Below, one piece after another: positions 34,760 through 46,255 of a DNA stretch of 64,000 bases. The DNA is from Isurus oxyrinchus (lineage: Eukaryota). The number at the start of each line of letters is the position of its first letter. The first letter of the stretch is position 1. The notes beneath the pieces are model-generated. The model had not been told where the DNA came from. It saw only the letters and a list, made by a program, of their open reading frames with translations, and searched no databases. The translations under genes were made by a program, and so were the position numbers. Location of the stretch: contig JANJGN010000034.1 in assembly GCA_026770705.1 (NCBI GenBank), forward strand, positions 17,546,001-17,610,000, given 5' to 3'.

Positions 34760-37700
34760 GGGTGGGGAGGGTGGGAGGGGGGGTGGGGAGGAAGAGAGGG
34801 AGTTGGGGGGGAGGGGGAAGAGAGGGAGCAGGGGGGAGGAAGAGAGGGAGCGGGGGGGGGGAGAGAGCGAGTGGGGGGGGGGAGAGAGCGAGTGGGGGGG
34901 GGAGAGAGCGAGTGGGGGGGGGAGAGAGCGAGTGGGGGGGGAGAGAGCGAGTGGGGGGGGGAGAGAGCGAGTGGGGGGGGAGAGAGCGAGTGGGGGGGGG
35001 AGTGAGCGAGTGGGGGGGGGAGAGAGCGAGTGGGGGGGGGGAGAGAGCGAGTGGTGGGGGGGAGAGAGCGAGTGGTGGGGGGGGAGAGAGCGAGTGGGGG
35101 GGGGGAGAGAGCGAGTGGGGGGGGGAGAGAGCGAGTGGGGGGGAGAGAGCGAGTGGGGGGGGAGAGAGCGAGTGGGGGGGAGAGAGCGAGTGGGGGGGGA
35201 GAGAGCGAGTGGGGGGGAGAGAGCGAGTGGGGGGGAGAGAGCGAGTGGGGGGGGAGAGAGCGAGTGAGGGGGGGAAGAGAGGGAGTGGGGGGGGAAGAGA
35301 GGGAGTGGGGGGGGAAGAGAGGGAGTGGGGGGGGAAGAGAGGGAGTGGGGGGGAAGAGAGGGAGTGGGGGGGAAGAGAGGGAGTGGGGGGGAAGAGAGGG
35401 AGTGGGGGGGGAAGAGAGGGAGTGGGGGGGGAAGAGAGGGAGTGGGGGGGGAAGAGAGGGAGTGGGGGGGGAAGAGAGGGAGTGGGGGGGGAAGAGAGGG
35501 AGTGGGGGGGGAAGAGCGGGAGTGGGGGGGGAAGAGAGGGAGTGGGGGGGGGAAGAGAGGGAGTGGGGGGGAAGAGAGGGAGTGGGGGGGGGGAGAGAGG
35601 GAGTGGGGGGAGACAGGGAGTGGGGGAGGAGAGAGGGAGTGGGGGGGGGAGAGAGGGAGTGGGGGGGGGGAGAGAGAGAGAGGGGGGGAGAGGGAGTGGG
35701 GGGGGGAGAGAGGGAGTGGGGGGGGGAAGAGAAGAAGTTGGGGGGAAGAGAAGAAGTGGGGGGAAGAGATGGACTTGGGGGGAAGAGAGGGAGTGGGGGG
35801 GAAGAAAGGGAGTGGGGGGGGAAGAGAGGGAATGGGGGGAAGAGAGGGATTGGAGGGCGGAAAATATGGAGTGGGGGGGAAGAGAGGGAGTGGGGGGGGA
35901 AGAGAGGGAGTGGGGGGGAAGAGAGGGAGTGGGGGGGAAGAGAGGGAGTGGGGGGGAAGAGAGGGAGTGGGGGGAGAGAGAGGAGTGGGGGGAAGAGAGG
36001 GAGTGGGGGGGAAGAGAGGGAGTGGGGGGGGAAGAGAGGGAGTGGGGGGGGAAGAGAGGGAGTGGGGGGGGAAGAGAGGGAGTGGGGGGGGAAGAGAGGG
36101 AGTGGGGGGGGAAGAGAGGGAGTGGGGGGGGAAGAGAGGGAGTGGGGGGGGAAGAGAGGGAGAGGGGGGGGGAAGAGAGGGAGTGGGGGGGGAAGAGAGG
36201 GAGTGGGGGGGGAAGAGAGGGAGTGGGGGGGGAAGAGAGGGAGTGGGGGGGAAGAGAGGGAGTGGGGGGGAAGAGAGGAGTGGGGGGGAAGAGAGGGAGT
36301 GGGGGGGAAGAGAGGGAGTGGGGGGGAAGAGAGGGATTGGGGGGGAAAGAGAGGGAGTGGGGGGGGAACAGAGGGAGTGGGGGGGGGAACAGAGGGAGTG
36401 GGGGGGGAAGAGAGGGAGTGGGGGGGGAAGAGAGGGAGTGGGGGGGGAAGAGAGGGAGTGGCTGGGAAGCGAGGGAGTGGGGGGGGGAAGAGAGGGAGTG
36501 GGGGGGGGAAGAGAGGGAGTGGGGGGGGAAGAGAGGGAGTGGGGGGGGGGGAAGAGAGGGAGTGGGGGGGTAGAGAGGGAGTGGGAGGGGAAGAGAGGGA
36601 GTGGGAGGGGAAGAGAGGGAGTGGGGAGGAAGAGATGGACTTAGGGGGGAAGAGGGGGAGCGGGAGGGGAAGAGAGGGAGTGGGGGGGAAGTGAGGGAGT
36701 GGGAGGGGAAGAGAGGGAGTGGGAGGGGAAGAGAGGGAGTGGGGAGGAAGAGATGGACTTAGGGGGGAAGAGGGGGAGCGGGAGGGGAAGAGAGGGAGTG
36801 GGGGGGAAGAGTGGGAGTGGCGGGGAAGAGAGGGAGTGGGAGGGGAAGAGAGGGAGTGGGAGGGGAAGAGAGGGAGTGGGAGGGGAAGAGAGGGAGTGGG
36901 GGGGAAGAGAGGGAGTGGGGGGGAAGAGAGGGAGTGGGGGGGAAGAGAGGGAGTGGGGGGGAAGAGAGGGAGTGGAGGGGGAAGAGATGGACGGTGGGGA
37001 TGAGAGGGAGTGGGGCGAGAGGGGGGGGCAGAGAGGGGTGGGGGGGCAGAGAGGGAGTGGGGGGGCAGAGAGGGAGTGGGGGGGCAGAGAGGGAGTGGGG
37101 GCGAGAGAGGGAGTGGGGGCGGCAGAGAGGGAGTGGGGGGGCAGAGAGGGAGTGGGGGGCAGAGAGGGAGTGGGGGGGCAGAGAGGGAGTGGGGGGGCAG
37201 AGAGGGAGTGGGGGGGCAGAGAGGGAGTGGGGGGGCAGAGAGGGAGTGGGGGGGCAGAGAGGGAGTGGGGGGGCAGAGAGGGAGTGGGGGGGAGAGAGGG
37301 AGTGGGGGGGAGAGAGGAGTGGGGGGGAGAGAGGGAGTGGGGGGGAGAGAGGGAGTGGGGGAGAGAGGGAGTGGGGGGGAGAGAGGGAGTGGGGGGGGAG
37401 AGAGGGAGTGGGGGGGAGAGAGGGAGTGGGGGGGAGAGAGGGAGTGGGGGGGAGAGAGGGCAGTGGGGGGGAGAGAGGGAGTGGGGGGGAGAGAGGGAGT
37501 GGGGGGGGAGAGAGGGAGTGGGGGGGAGAGGGAGTGGGGGGGAGAGAGGGAGTGGGGGGGAGAGAGGGAGTGGGGGGGAGAGAGGGAGTGGGGGGGAGAG
37601 AGGGAGTGGGGGGGAGAGAGGGAGTGGGGGGGAGAGAGGGAGTGGGGTGGGAGAGAGGGAGTGGGGTGGGAGAGAGGGAGTGGGGGGGGAAGAGAGGGAG

Positions 37701-38428
37701 TGGGAGGGGAAGAGAGGGAGTGGGGGGAGAAGAGAGGGAGTGGGGGGAGAAGAGAGGGAGTGGGGGAAAGAGAGGGAGTGGGGGAGAAGAGAGGGAGTGG
37801 AGGGGAAGAGATGAACTTGGGGGGATGAGAGGGAATGTGGGTGCAGAGAGTGAGTGGGGGGGGCAGAGAGGTAGTGGGGGGCAGAGAGGGAGAGGGGAGG
37901 CAGAGAGGGAGAGGGGAGGGCAGAGAGGAGTGGGGGGGGGCCAGAGAGGGCGTGGGGGGGGGCCAGAGAGGAGTGGGGGGGGGCCAGAGAGGGAGTGGGG
38001 GGGAGAGAGGGAGTGCGGGGGAGAGAGGGAGTGGGGGGTGGAGAGAGGGATTGGGGGGGGAGAGAGCGAGTGGGGGGGGGAGAGAGGGAGTGGGAAGGGA
38101 GAGACGGAGTGGGGGGAAGAGAAGAAGTGGGGGGGAAGAGAAGAAGTGGGGGGGAAGAGAAGAAGTGGGGGGAAGAGATGGACTTGTTGGGAAGAGAGGG
38201 AGTGGGGGGTGAAGAGAGGGACTGTGGGGAACAGAGGGATTGGAGGGCGGAAAAGAGGGAGTGGGGGGAAGAGAGGGGAGTTGGGGGGAAAAGAGGGAGT
38301 GGGGGGGAAGAGAGGGGAGTGGGGGAAGAAGAGAGGGAGCGGGAGGGGTAAGATAGGGAGCGGGGGGGGAAGAGAGGGAGCTGGAGGGAAGAGAGGGAGC
38401 AGGGGGGGAAAGAGAAGGAGCGGGGGGG
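34760..38428. repeat. Purine-rich ~19-20-bp satellite (GAAGAGAGGGAGTG6-8) and variants
   Basis: Read directly. Confidence 0.95.
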
Positions 38429-41400
38429 CAAGAGAGGGCGCGGGGGGGGCAAGAGAGGGCGCGGGAGGGCAAGAGAGGGCGCGGGAGGGCAAGAGAGGGC
38501 GGAGGGCAAGAGAGGGCGCGGGAGGGCAAGAGAGGGCGCGGGAGGGCAAGAGAGGGCGCGGGAGGGCAAGAGAGGGCGCGGAGGGCAAGAGAGGGCGCGG
38601 GGCAAGAGAGGGCGCGGAGGGCAAGAGAGGGCGCGGGAGGGCAAGAGAGGGCGCGGGAGGGCAAGAGAGGGCGCGGGAGGGCAAGAGAGGGCGCGGGAGG
38701 GCAAGAGAGGGGCGCGGGAGGGCAAGAGAGGGCGCGGGAGGGCAAGAGAGGGCGCGGGAGGGCAAGAGAGGGCGCGGGAGGGCAAGAGAGGGCGCGGGAG
38801 GGCAAGAGAGGGCGCGGGAGGGCAAGAGAGGGCGGGGAGGGCAAGAGAGGGCGCGGGAGGGCAAGAGAGGGCGCGGGAGGGCAAGAGAGGGCGCGGGAGG
38901 GCAAGAGAGGGCGCGGGAGGGCAAGAGAGGGCGCGGGAGGGCAAGAGGGCGCGGGAGGGCAAGAGAGGGCGCGGGAGGGCAAGAGAGGGCGCGGGAGGGC
39001 AAGAGAGGGCGCGGGAGGGCAAGAGAGGGCGCGGGAGGGCAAGAGAGGGCGCGGGGAGGGCAAGAGAGGGCGCGGAGGGCAAGAGAGGGCGCGGGAGGGC
39101 AAGAGAGGGCGCGGGAGGGCAAGAGAGGGCGCGGGAGGGCAAGAGAGGGCGCGGGAGGGCAAGAGAGGGCGCGGGAGGGCAAGAGAGGGCGCGGAGGGCA
39201 AGAGAGGGCGCGGGAGGGCAAGAGAGGGCGCGGGAGGGCAAGAGAGGGCGCGGGAGGGCAAGAGAGGGCGCGGGAGGGCAAGAGAGGGCGCGGGAGGGCC
39301 AAGAGAGGGCGCGGGAGGGCAAGAGAGGGCGCGGGGAGGGCAAGAGAGGGCGCGGGAGGGCAAGAGAGGGCGCGGGAGGGCAAGAGAGGGCGCGGGAGGG
39401 CAAGAGAGGGCGCGGGAGGGCAAGAGAGGGCGCGGGAGGGCAAGAGAGGGCGCGGGAGGGCAAGAGAGGGCGCGGGAGGGCAAGAGAGGGCGCGGGAGGG
39501 CAAGAGAGGGCGCGGAGGGCAAGAGAGGGCGCGGGAGGGCAAGAGAGGGCGCGGGAGGGCAAGAGAGGGCGCGGGAGGGCAAGAGAGGGCGCGGGAGGGC
39601 AAGAGAGGGCGCGGGAGGGCAAGAGAGGGGCGGCGGGAGGGCAAGAGAGGGCGCGGGAGGGCAAGAGAGGGCGCGGGAGGGCAAGAGAGGGCCCGGGAGG
39701 GCAAGAGAGGGCGCGGGAGGGCAAGAGAGGGCGCGGGAGGGCAAGAGAGGGCGCGGGAGGGCAAGAGAGGGCGCGGGAGGGCAAGAGAGGGCGCGGGAGG
39801 GCAAGAGAGGGCCGGGAGGGCAAGAGAGGGCGCGGGAGGGCAAGAGAGGGCGCGGGAGGGCAAGAGAGGGCGCGGGAGGGCAAGAGAGGGCGCGGGAGGG
39901 CAAGAGAGGGCGCGGGAGGGCAAGAGAGGGCGCGGGAGGGCAAGAGAGGGCGCGGGAGGGCAGAGAGGGCGCGGGAGGGCAAGAGAGGGCGCGGGAGGGC
40001 AAGAGAGGGCGCGGGAGGGCAAGAGAGGGCGCGGGAGGGCAAGAGAGGGCGCGGGAGGGCAAGAGAGGGCGCGGGAGGGCAAGAGAGGGCGCGGGAGGGC
40101 AAGAGAGGGCGCGGGGAGGGCAAGAGAGGGCGCGGGAGGGCAAGAGAGGGCGCGGGAGGGCAAGAGAGGGCGCGGGAGGGCAAGAGAGGGCGCGGGAGGG
40201 CAAGAGAGGGCGCGGGAGGGCAAGAGAGGGCGCGGGGAGGGCAAGAGAGGGCGCGGGAGGGCAAGAGAGGGCGCGGGAGGGCAAGAGAGGGCGCGGGAGG
40301 GCAAGAGAGGGCGCGGGAGGGCAAGAGAGGGCGCGGGAGGGCAAGAGAGGGCGCGGGAGGGCAAGAGAGGGCGCGGGAGGGCAAGAGAGGGCGCGGGAGG
40401 GCAAGAGAGGGCGCGGGAGGGCAAGAGAGGGCGCGGGAGGGCAAGAGAGGGCGCGGGAGGGCAAGAGAGGGCGCGGGAGGGCAAGAGAGGGCGCGGGAGG
40501 GCAAGAGAGGGCGCGGGAGGGCAAGAGAGGGCGCGGGAGGGCAAGAGAGGGCGCGGGAGGGCAAGAGAGGGCGCGGGAGGGCAAGAGAGGGCGCGGGAGG
40601 GCAAGAGAGGGCGCGGGAGGGCAAGAGAGGGCGCGGGAGGGCAAGAGAGGGCGCGGGAGGGCAAGAGAGGGCGCGGGAGGGCAAGAGAGGGCGCGGAGGG
40701 CAAGAGAGGGCGCGGGGAGGGCAAAGAGAGGGCGCGGGAGGGCAAGAGAGGGCGCGGGGAGGGCAAGAGAGGGCGCGGGAGGGCAAGAGGAGGGCGCGGG
40801 AGGGCAAGAGAGGGCGCGGGAGGGCAAGAGAGGGGCGCGGGAGGGCAAGAGGGCGCGGAGGGCAAGAGAGGGCGCGGGAGGGCAAGAGAGGGCGCGGGAG
40901 GGCAAGAGAGGGCGCGGGAGGGCAAGAGAGGGCGCGGGAGGGCAAGAGAGGGCGCGGGAGGGCAAGAGAGGGCGCGGGAGGGCAAGAGAGGGCGCGGGAG
41001 GGCAAGAGAGGGCGCGGGAGGGCAAGAGAGGGCGCGGGAGGGCAAGAGAGGGCGCGGGAGGGCAAGAGAGGGCGCGGGAGGGCAAGAGAGGGCGCGGGAG
41101 GGCAAGAGAGGGCGCGGGAGGGCAGGGCGGGCAAGAGAGGGCGCGGGAGGGCAAGAGAGGGCGCGGGAGGGCAAGAGAGGGCGCGGGAGGGCACGAGAGG
41201 GCGCGGGAGGGCAAGAGAGGGCGCGGGAGGGCAAGAGAGGGCGCGGGAGGGCCAAGAGAGGGCGCGGGAGGGCAAGAGAGGGCGCGGGAGGGCAAGAGAG
41301 GGCGCGGGAGGGCAAGAGAGGGCGCGGGAGGGCAAGAGAGGGCGCGGGAGGGCAAGAGAGGGCGCGGGAGGGCAAGAGAGGGCGCGGGAGGGCAAGAGAG

Positions 41401-44400
41401 GGCGCGGGAGGCAAGAGAGGGCGCGGGAGGGCAAGAGAGGGGCGCGGGAGGGCAAGAGAGGGCGCGGGAGGGCAAGAGAGGGCGCGGGAGGGCAAGAGAG
41501 GGCGCGGGAGGGCAAGAGAGGGCGCGGGAGGGGCAAGAGAGGGCGCGGGAGGGCAAGAGAGGGCGCGGAGGGCAAGAGAGGGCGCGGGAGGGCAAGAGAG
41601 GGCGCGGGAGGGCGCGGGAGGGCAAGAGAGGGCGCGGGAGGGCAAGAGAGGGCGCGGGAGGGCAAGAGAGGGCGCGGAGGGCAGAGAGGGCGCGGGAGGG
41701 CAAGAGAGGGCGCGGGAGGGCAAGAGAGGGCGCGGGAGGGCAAGAGAGGGCGCGGGAGGGCAAGAGAGGGCGCGGGAGGGCAAGAGAGGGCGCGGGAGGG
41801 CAAGAGAGGGCGCGGGAGGGCAAGAGAGGGCGCGGGAGGGCAAGAGAGGGCGCGGGAGGGCAAGAGAGGGCGCGGGAGGGGCAAGAGAGGGCGCGGGAGG
41901 GGCAAGAGAGGGCGCGGGGAGGGCAAGAGAGGGCGCGGGGAGGGCAAGAGAGGGGCGCGGGAGGGCAAGAGAGGGCGCGGGAGGGCAAGAGAGGGCGCGG
42001 GAGGGCAAGAGAGGGCGCGGGAGGGCAAGAGAGGGCGCGGGAGGGCAAGAGAGGGCGCGGGAGGGCAAGAGAGGGCGCGGGGAGGGCAAGAGAGGGCGCG
42101 GGGAGGGCAAGAGAGGGCGCGGGAGGGCAAGAGAGGGCGCGGGAGGGCAAGAGAGGGCGCGGGAGGGCAAGAGAGGGCGCGGGAGGGCAAGAGAGGGCGC
42201 GGGAGGGCAAGAGAGGGCGCGGGAGGGCAAGAGAGGGCGCGGGAGGGCAAGAGAGGGCGCGGGAGGGCAAGAGAGGGCGCGGGAGGGCAAGAGAGGGCGC
42301 GGGAGGGCAAGAGAGGGCGCGGGAGGGCAAGAGAGGGCGCGGGAGGGCAAGAGAGGGCGCGGGAGGGCAAGAGAGGGCGCGGGAGGGCAAGAGAGGGCGC
42401 GGGAGGGCAAGAGAGGGCGCGGGAGGGCAAGAGAGGGCGCGGGAGGGCAAGAGAGGGCGCGGGAGGGCAAGAGAGGGCGCGGGGAGGGCAAGAGAGGGCG
42501 CGGGAGGGCAAGAGAGGGCGCGGGAGGGCAAGAGAGGGCGCGGGAGGCAAGAGAGGGCGCGGGAGGGCAAGAGAGGGCGCGGGGAGGGCAAGAGAGGGCG
42601 CGGGAGGGCAAGAGAGGGCGCGGGAGGGCAAGAGAGGGCGCGGGAGGGCAAGAGAGGGCGCGGGAGGGCAAGAGAGGGCGCGGGAGGGCAAGAGAGGGCG
42701 CGGGAGGGCAAGAGAGGGCGCGGGAGGGCAAGAGAGGGCGCGGGAGGGCAAGAGAGGGCGCGGGAGGGCAAGAGAGGGCGCGGGAGGGCAAGAGAGGGCG
42801 CGGGAGGGCAAGAGAGGGCGCGGGAGGGCAAGAGAGGGCGCGGGAGGGCAAGAGAGGGCGCGGGAGGGCAAGAGAGGGCGCGGGGAGGGGCCAAAGAGAG
42901 GGCGCGGGAGGGCAAGAGAGGGCGCGGGAGGGCAAAGAGAGGGCGCGGGAGGGCAAGAGAGGGCGCGGAGGGCAAGAGAGGGCGCGGGAGGGCAAGAGAG
43001 GGCGCGGGAGGGCAAGAGAGGGCGCGGGAGGGCAAGAGAGGGCGCGGGAGGGCAAGAGAGGGCGCGGGAGGGCAAGAGAGGGCGCGGGAGGGCAAGAGAG
43101 GGCGCGGGAGGGCAAGAGAGGGCGCGGGGAGGGCAAGAGAGGGCGCGGGAGGGCAAGAGAGGGCGCGGGAGGGCAAGAGAGGGCGCGGGAGGGCAAGAGA
43201 GGGCGCGGGAGGGCAAGAGAGGGCGCGGGAGGGCAAGAGAGGGCGCGGGAGGGCAAGAGAGGGGCGCGGGAGGGCAAGAGAGGGCGCGGGAGGGCAAGAG
43301 AGGGCGCGGGAGGGCAAGAGAGGGCGCGGGAGGGCAAGAGAGGGCGCGGGAGGGCAAGAGAGGGCGCGGGAGGGCAAGAGAGGGCGCGGGAGGGCAAGAG
43401 AGGGCGCGGGAGGGCAAGAGAGGGCGCGGGAGGGCAAGAGCCGAGGCAGAGGCGCGGGAGGGCAAGAGAGGGCGCGGGAGGGCAAGAGAGGGCGCGGGAG
43501 GGCAAGAGAGGGCGCGGGAGGGCAAGAGAGGGCGCGGGAGGGCAAGAGAGGGCGCGGGAGGGCAAGAGAGGGCGCGGGAGGGCAAGAGAGGGCGCGGGAG
43601 GGCAAGAGAGGGCGCGGGAGGGCAAGAGAGGCGCGGGAGGCAAGAGAGGGCGCGGGAGGGCAAGAGAGGGCGCGGGAGGGCAAGAGAGGGCGCGGGAGGG
43701 CAAGAGAGGGCGCGGGGAGGGCAAGAGAGGGCGCGGGAGGGCAAGAGAGGGCGCGGGAGGGCAAGAGAGGGCGCGGGAGGGCAAGAGAGGGCGCGGGAGG
43801 GCAAGAGAGGGCGCGGGAGGGCAAGAGAGGGCGCGGGAGGGCAAGAGAGGGCGCGGGAGGGCAAGAGAGGGCGCGGGAGGGCAAGAGAGGGCGCGGGAGG
43901 GCAAGAGAGGGCGCGGGAGGGCAAGAGAGGGCGCGGGAGGGCAAGAGAGGGCGCGGGAGGGCAAGAGAGGGCGCGGGAGGGCAAGAGAGGGCGCGGGAGG
44001 GCAAGAGAGGGCGCGGGACGGGGCAAGAGAGGGCGCGGGAGGGCAAGAGAGGCCGGAGGCAAGAGAGGGCGCGGGAGGGCAAGAGAGGGCGCGGGAGGGC
44101 AAGAGAGGGCGCGGGAGGGCAAGAGAGGGCGCGGGAGGGCAAGAGAGGGCGCGGGAGGGCAAGAGAGGGCGCGGGAGGGCAAGAGAGGGCGCGGGAGGGC
44201 AAGAGAGGGCGCGGGAGGGCAAGAGAGGGCGCGGGAGGGCAAGAGAGGGCGCGGGAGGGCAAGAGAGGGCGCGGGAGGGCAAGAGAGGGCGCGGAGGGCA
44301 AGAGAGGGCGCGGGAGGGCAAGAGAGGGCGCGGGGAGGGCAAGAGAGGGCGCGGGAGGGCCAAGAGAGGGCGCGGGAGGGCAAGAGAGGGCGCGGAGGGC

Positions 44401-46255
44401 AAGAGAGGGCGCGGAGGGCAAGAGAGGGCGCGGGAGGGCAAGAGAGGGCGCGGGAGGGCAAGAGAGGGCGCGGGAGGGCAAGAGAGGGCGCGGGAGGGCA
44501 AGAGAGGGCGCGGGAGGGCAAGAGAGGGCGCGGGAGGGCAAGAGAGGGCGCGGGGAGGGGCAAGAGAGGGCGCGGGAGGGCAAGAGGAGGGCGCGGGAGG
44601 GCAAGAGAGGGCGCGGGAGGGCAAGAGAGGGCGCGGGAGGGCAAGAGAGGGCGCGGGAGGGCAAGAGAGGGCGCGGGAGGGCAAGAGAGGGCGCGGGAGG
44701 GCAAGAGAGGGCGGCGCGGAGGGCAAGAGAGGGCGCGGGAGGGCAAGAGAGGGCGCGGGAGGGCAAGAGAGGGCCGCGGGAGGGCAAGAGAGGGCGCGGG
44801 CAGGGGCCAAGAGAGGGCGCGGGAGGCAAGAGAGGGCGCGGGAGGGCAAGAGAGGGCGCGGGAGGGCAAGAGAGGGCGCGGGAGGGCAAGAGAGGGCGCG
44901 GGAGGGCAAGAGAGGGCGCGGGAGGGCAAGAGAGGGCGCGGGAGGGCAAGAGAGGGCGCGGGAGGGCAAGAGAGGGCGCGGGAGGGCAAGAGAGGGCGCG
45001 GGAGGGCAAGAGAGGGCGCGGGAGGGCAAGAGAGGGCGCGGGGAGGGCAAGAGAGGGCGCGGGGAGGGCAAGAGAGGGCGCGGGAGGGCAAGAGAGGGCG
45101 CGGGAGGGCAAGAGAGGGCGCGGGAGGGCAAGAGAGGGCGCGGGAGGGCAAGAGAGGGCGCGGGGAGGGCGGGGGCAAGAGAGGGCGCGGGAGGGCAAGA
45201 GAGGGCGCGGGAGGGCAAGAGAGGGCGCGGGAGGGCAAGAGAGGGCGCGGGAGGGCAAGAGAGGGCGCGGGAGGGCAAGAGAGGGCGCGGGAGGGCAAGA
45301 GAGGGCGCGGGAGGGCCAAGAGAGGGCGCGGGAGGGCAAGAGAGGGCGCGGGAGGGCAAGAGAGGGCGCGGGAGGGCAAGAGAGGGCGCGGGAGGGCAAG
45401 AGAGGGCGCGGGAGGGCAAGAGAGGGCGCGGGAGGGCAAGAGAGGGCGCGGGAGGGCAAGAGAGGGCGCGGGAGGGCAAGAGAGGGCGCGGGAGGGCAAG
45501 AGAGGGGCGCGGGAGGGCAAGAGAGGGCGCGGGAGGGCAAGAGAGGGCGCGGGAGGGCAAGAGAGGGCGCGGGAGGGCAAGAGAGGGCGCGGGAGGGCAA
45601 GAGAGGGCGCGGGAGGGCAGAGAGGGCGCGGAGGGCAAGAGAGGGCGCGGGAGGGCAAGAGAGGGCGCGGGAGGGCAAGAGAGGGCGCGGGAGGGCAAGA
45701 GAGGGCGCGGGAGGGCAAGAGAGGGCGCGGGAGGGCAAGAGAGGGCGCGGGAGGGCAAGAGAGGGCGCGGGAGGGCAAGAGAGGGCGCGGGAGGGCAAGA
45801 GAGGGCGCGGGAGGGCAAGAGAGGGCGCGGGAGGGCAAGAGAGGGCGCGGGAGGCAAGAGAGGGCGGCGGGGAGGGCAAGAGAGGGCGCGGGAGGGCAAG
45901 AGAGGGCGCGGGAGGGCAAGAGAGGGCGCGGGGGGCAAGAGAGGGCGCGGGAGGGCAAGAGAGGGCGCGGGAGGGCAAGAGAGGGCGCGGGAGGGCAAGA
46001 GAGGGCGCGGGAGGGCAAGAGAGGGCGCGGGAGGGCAAGAGAGGGCGCGGGAGGGCAAGAGAGGGCGCGGGAGGGCAAGAGAGGGCGCGGGAGGGCAAGA
46101 GAGGGCGCGGGAGGGCAAGAGAGGGCGCGGGAGGGCAAGAGAGGGCGCGGGAGGGGCAAGAGAGGGCGCGGGAGGGCAAGAGAGGGCGCGGGAGGGCAAG
46201 AGGGAGGGCGCGGGAGGGCAAGAGAGGGCGCGGGAGGGCAAGAGAGGGCGCGCGG
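38429..46255. repeat. Homogeneous 20-bp satellite (GGGAGGGCAAGAGAGGGCGC), about 390 units
   Basis: Read directly; no T seen on the + strand. Confidence 0.97.
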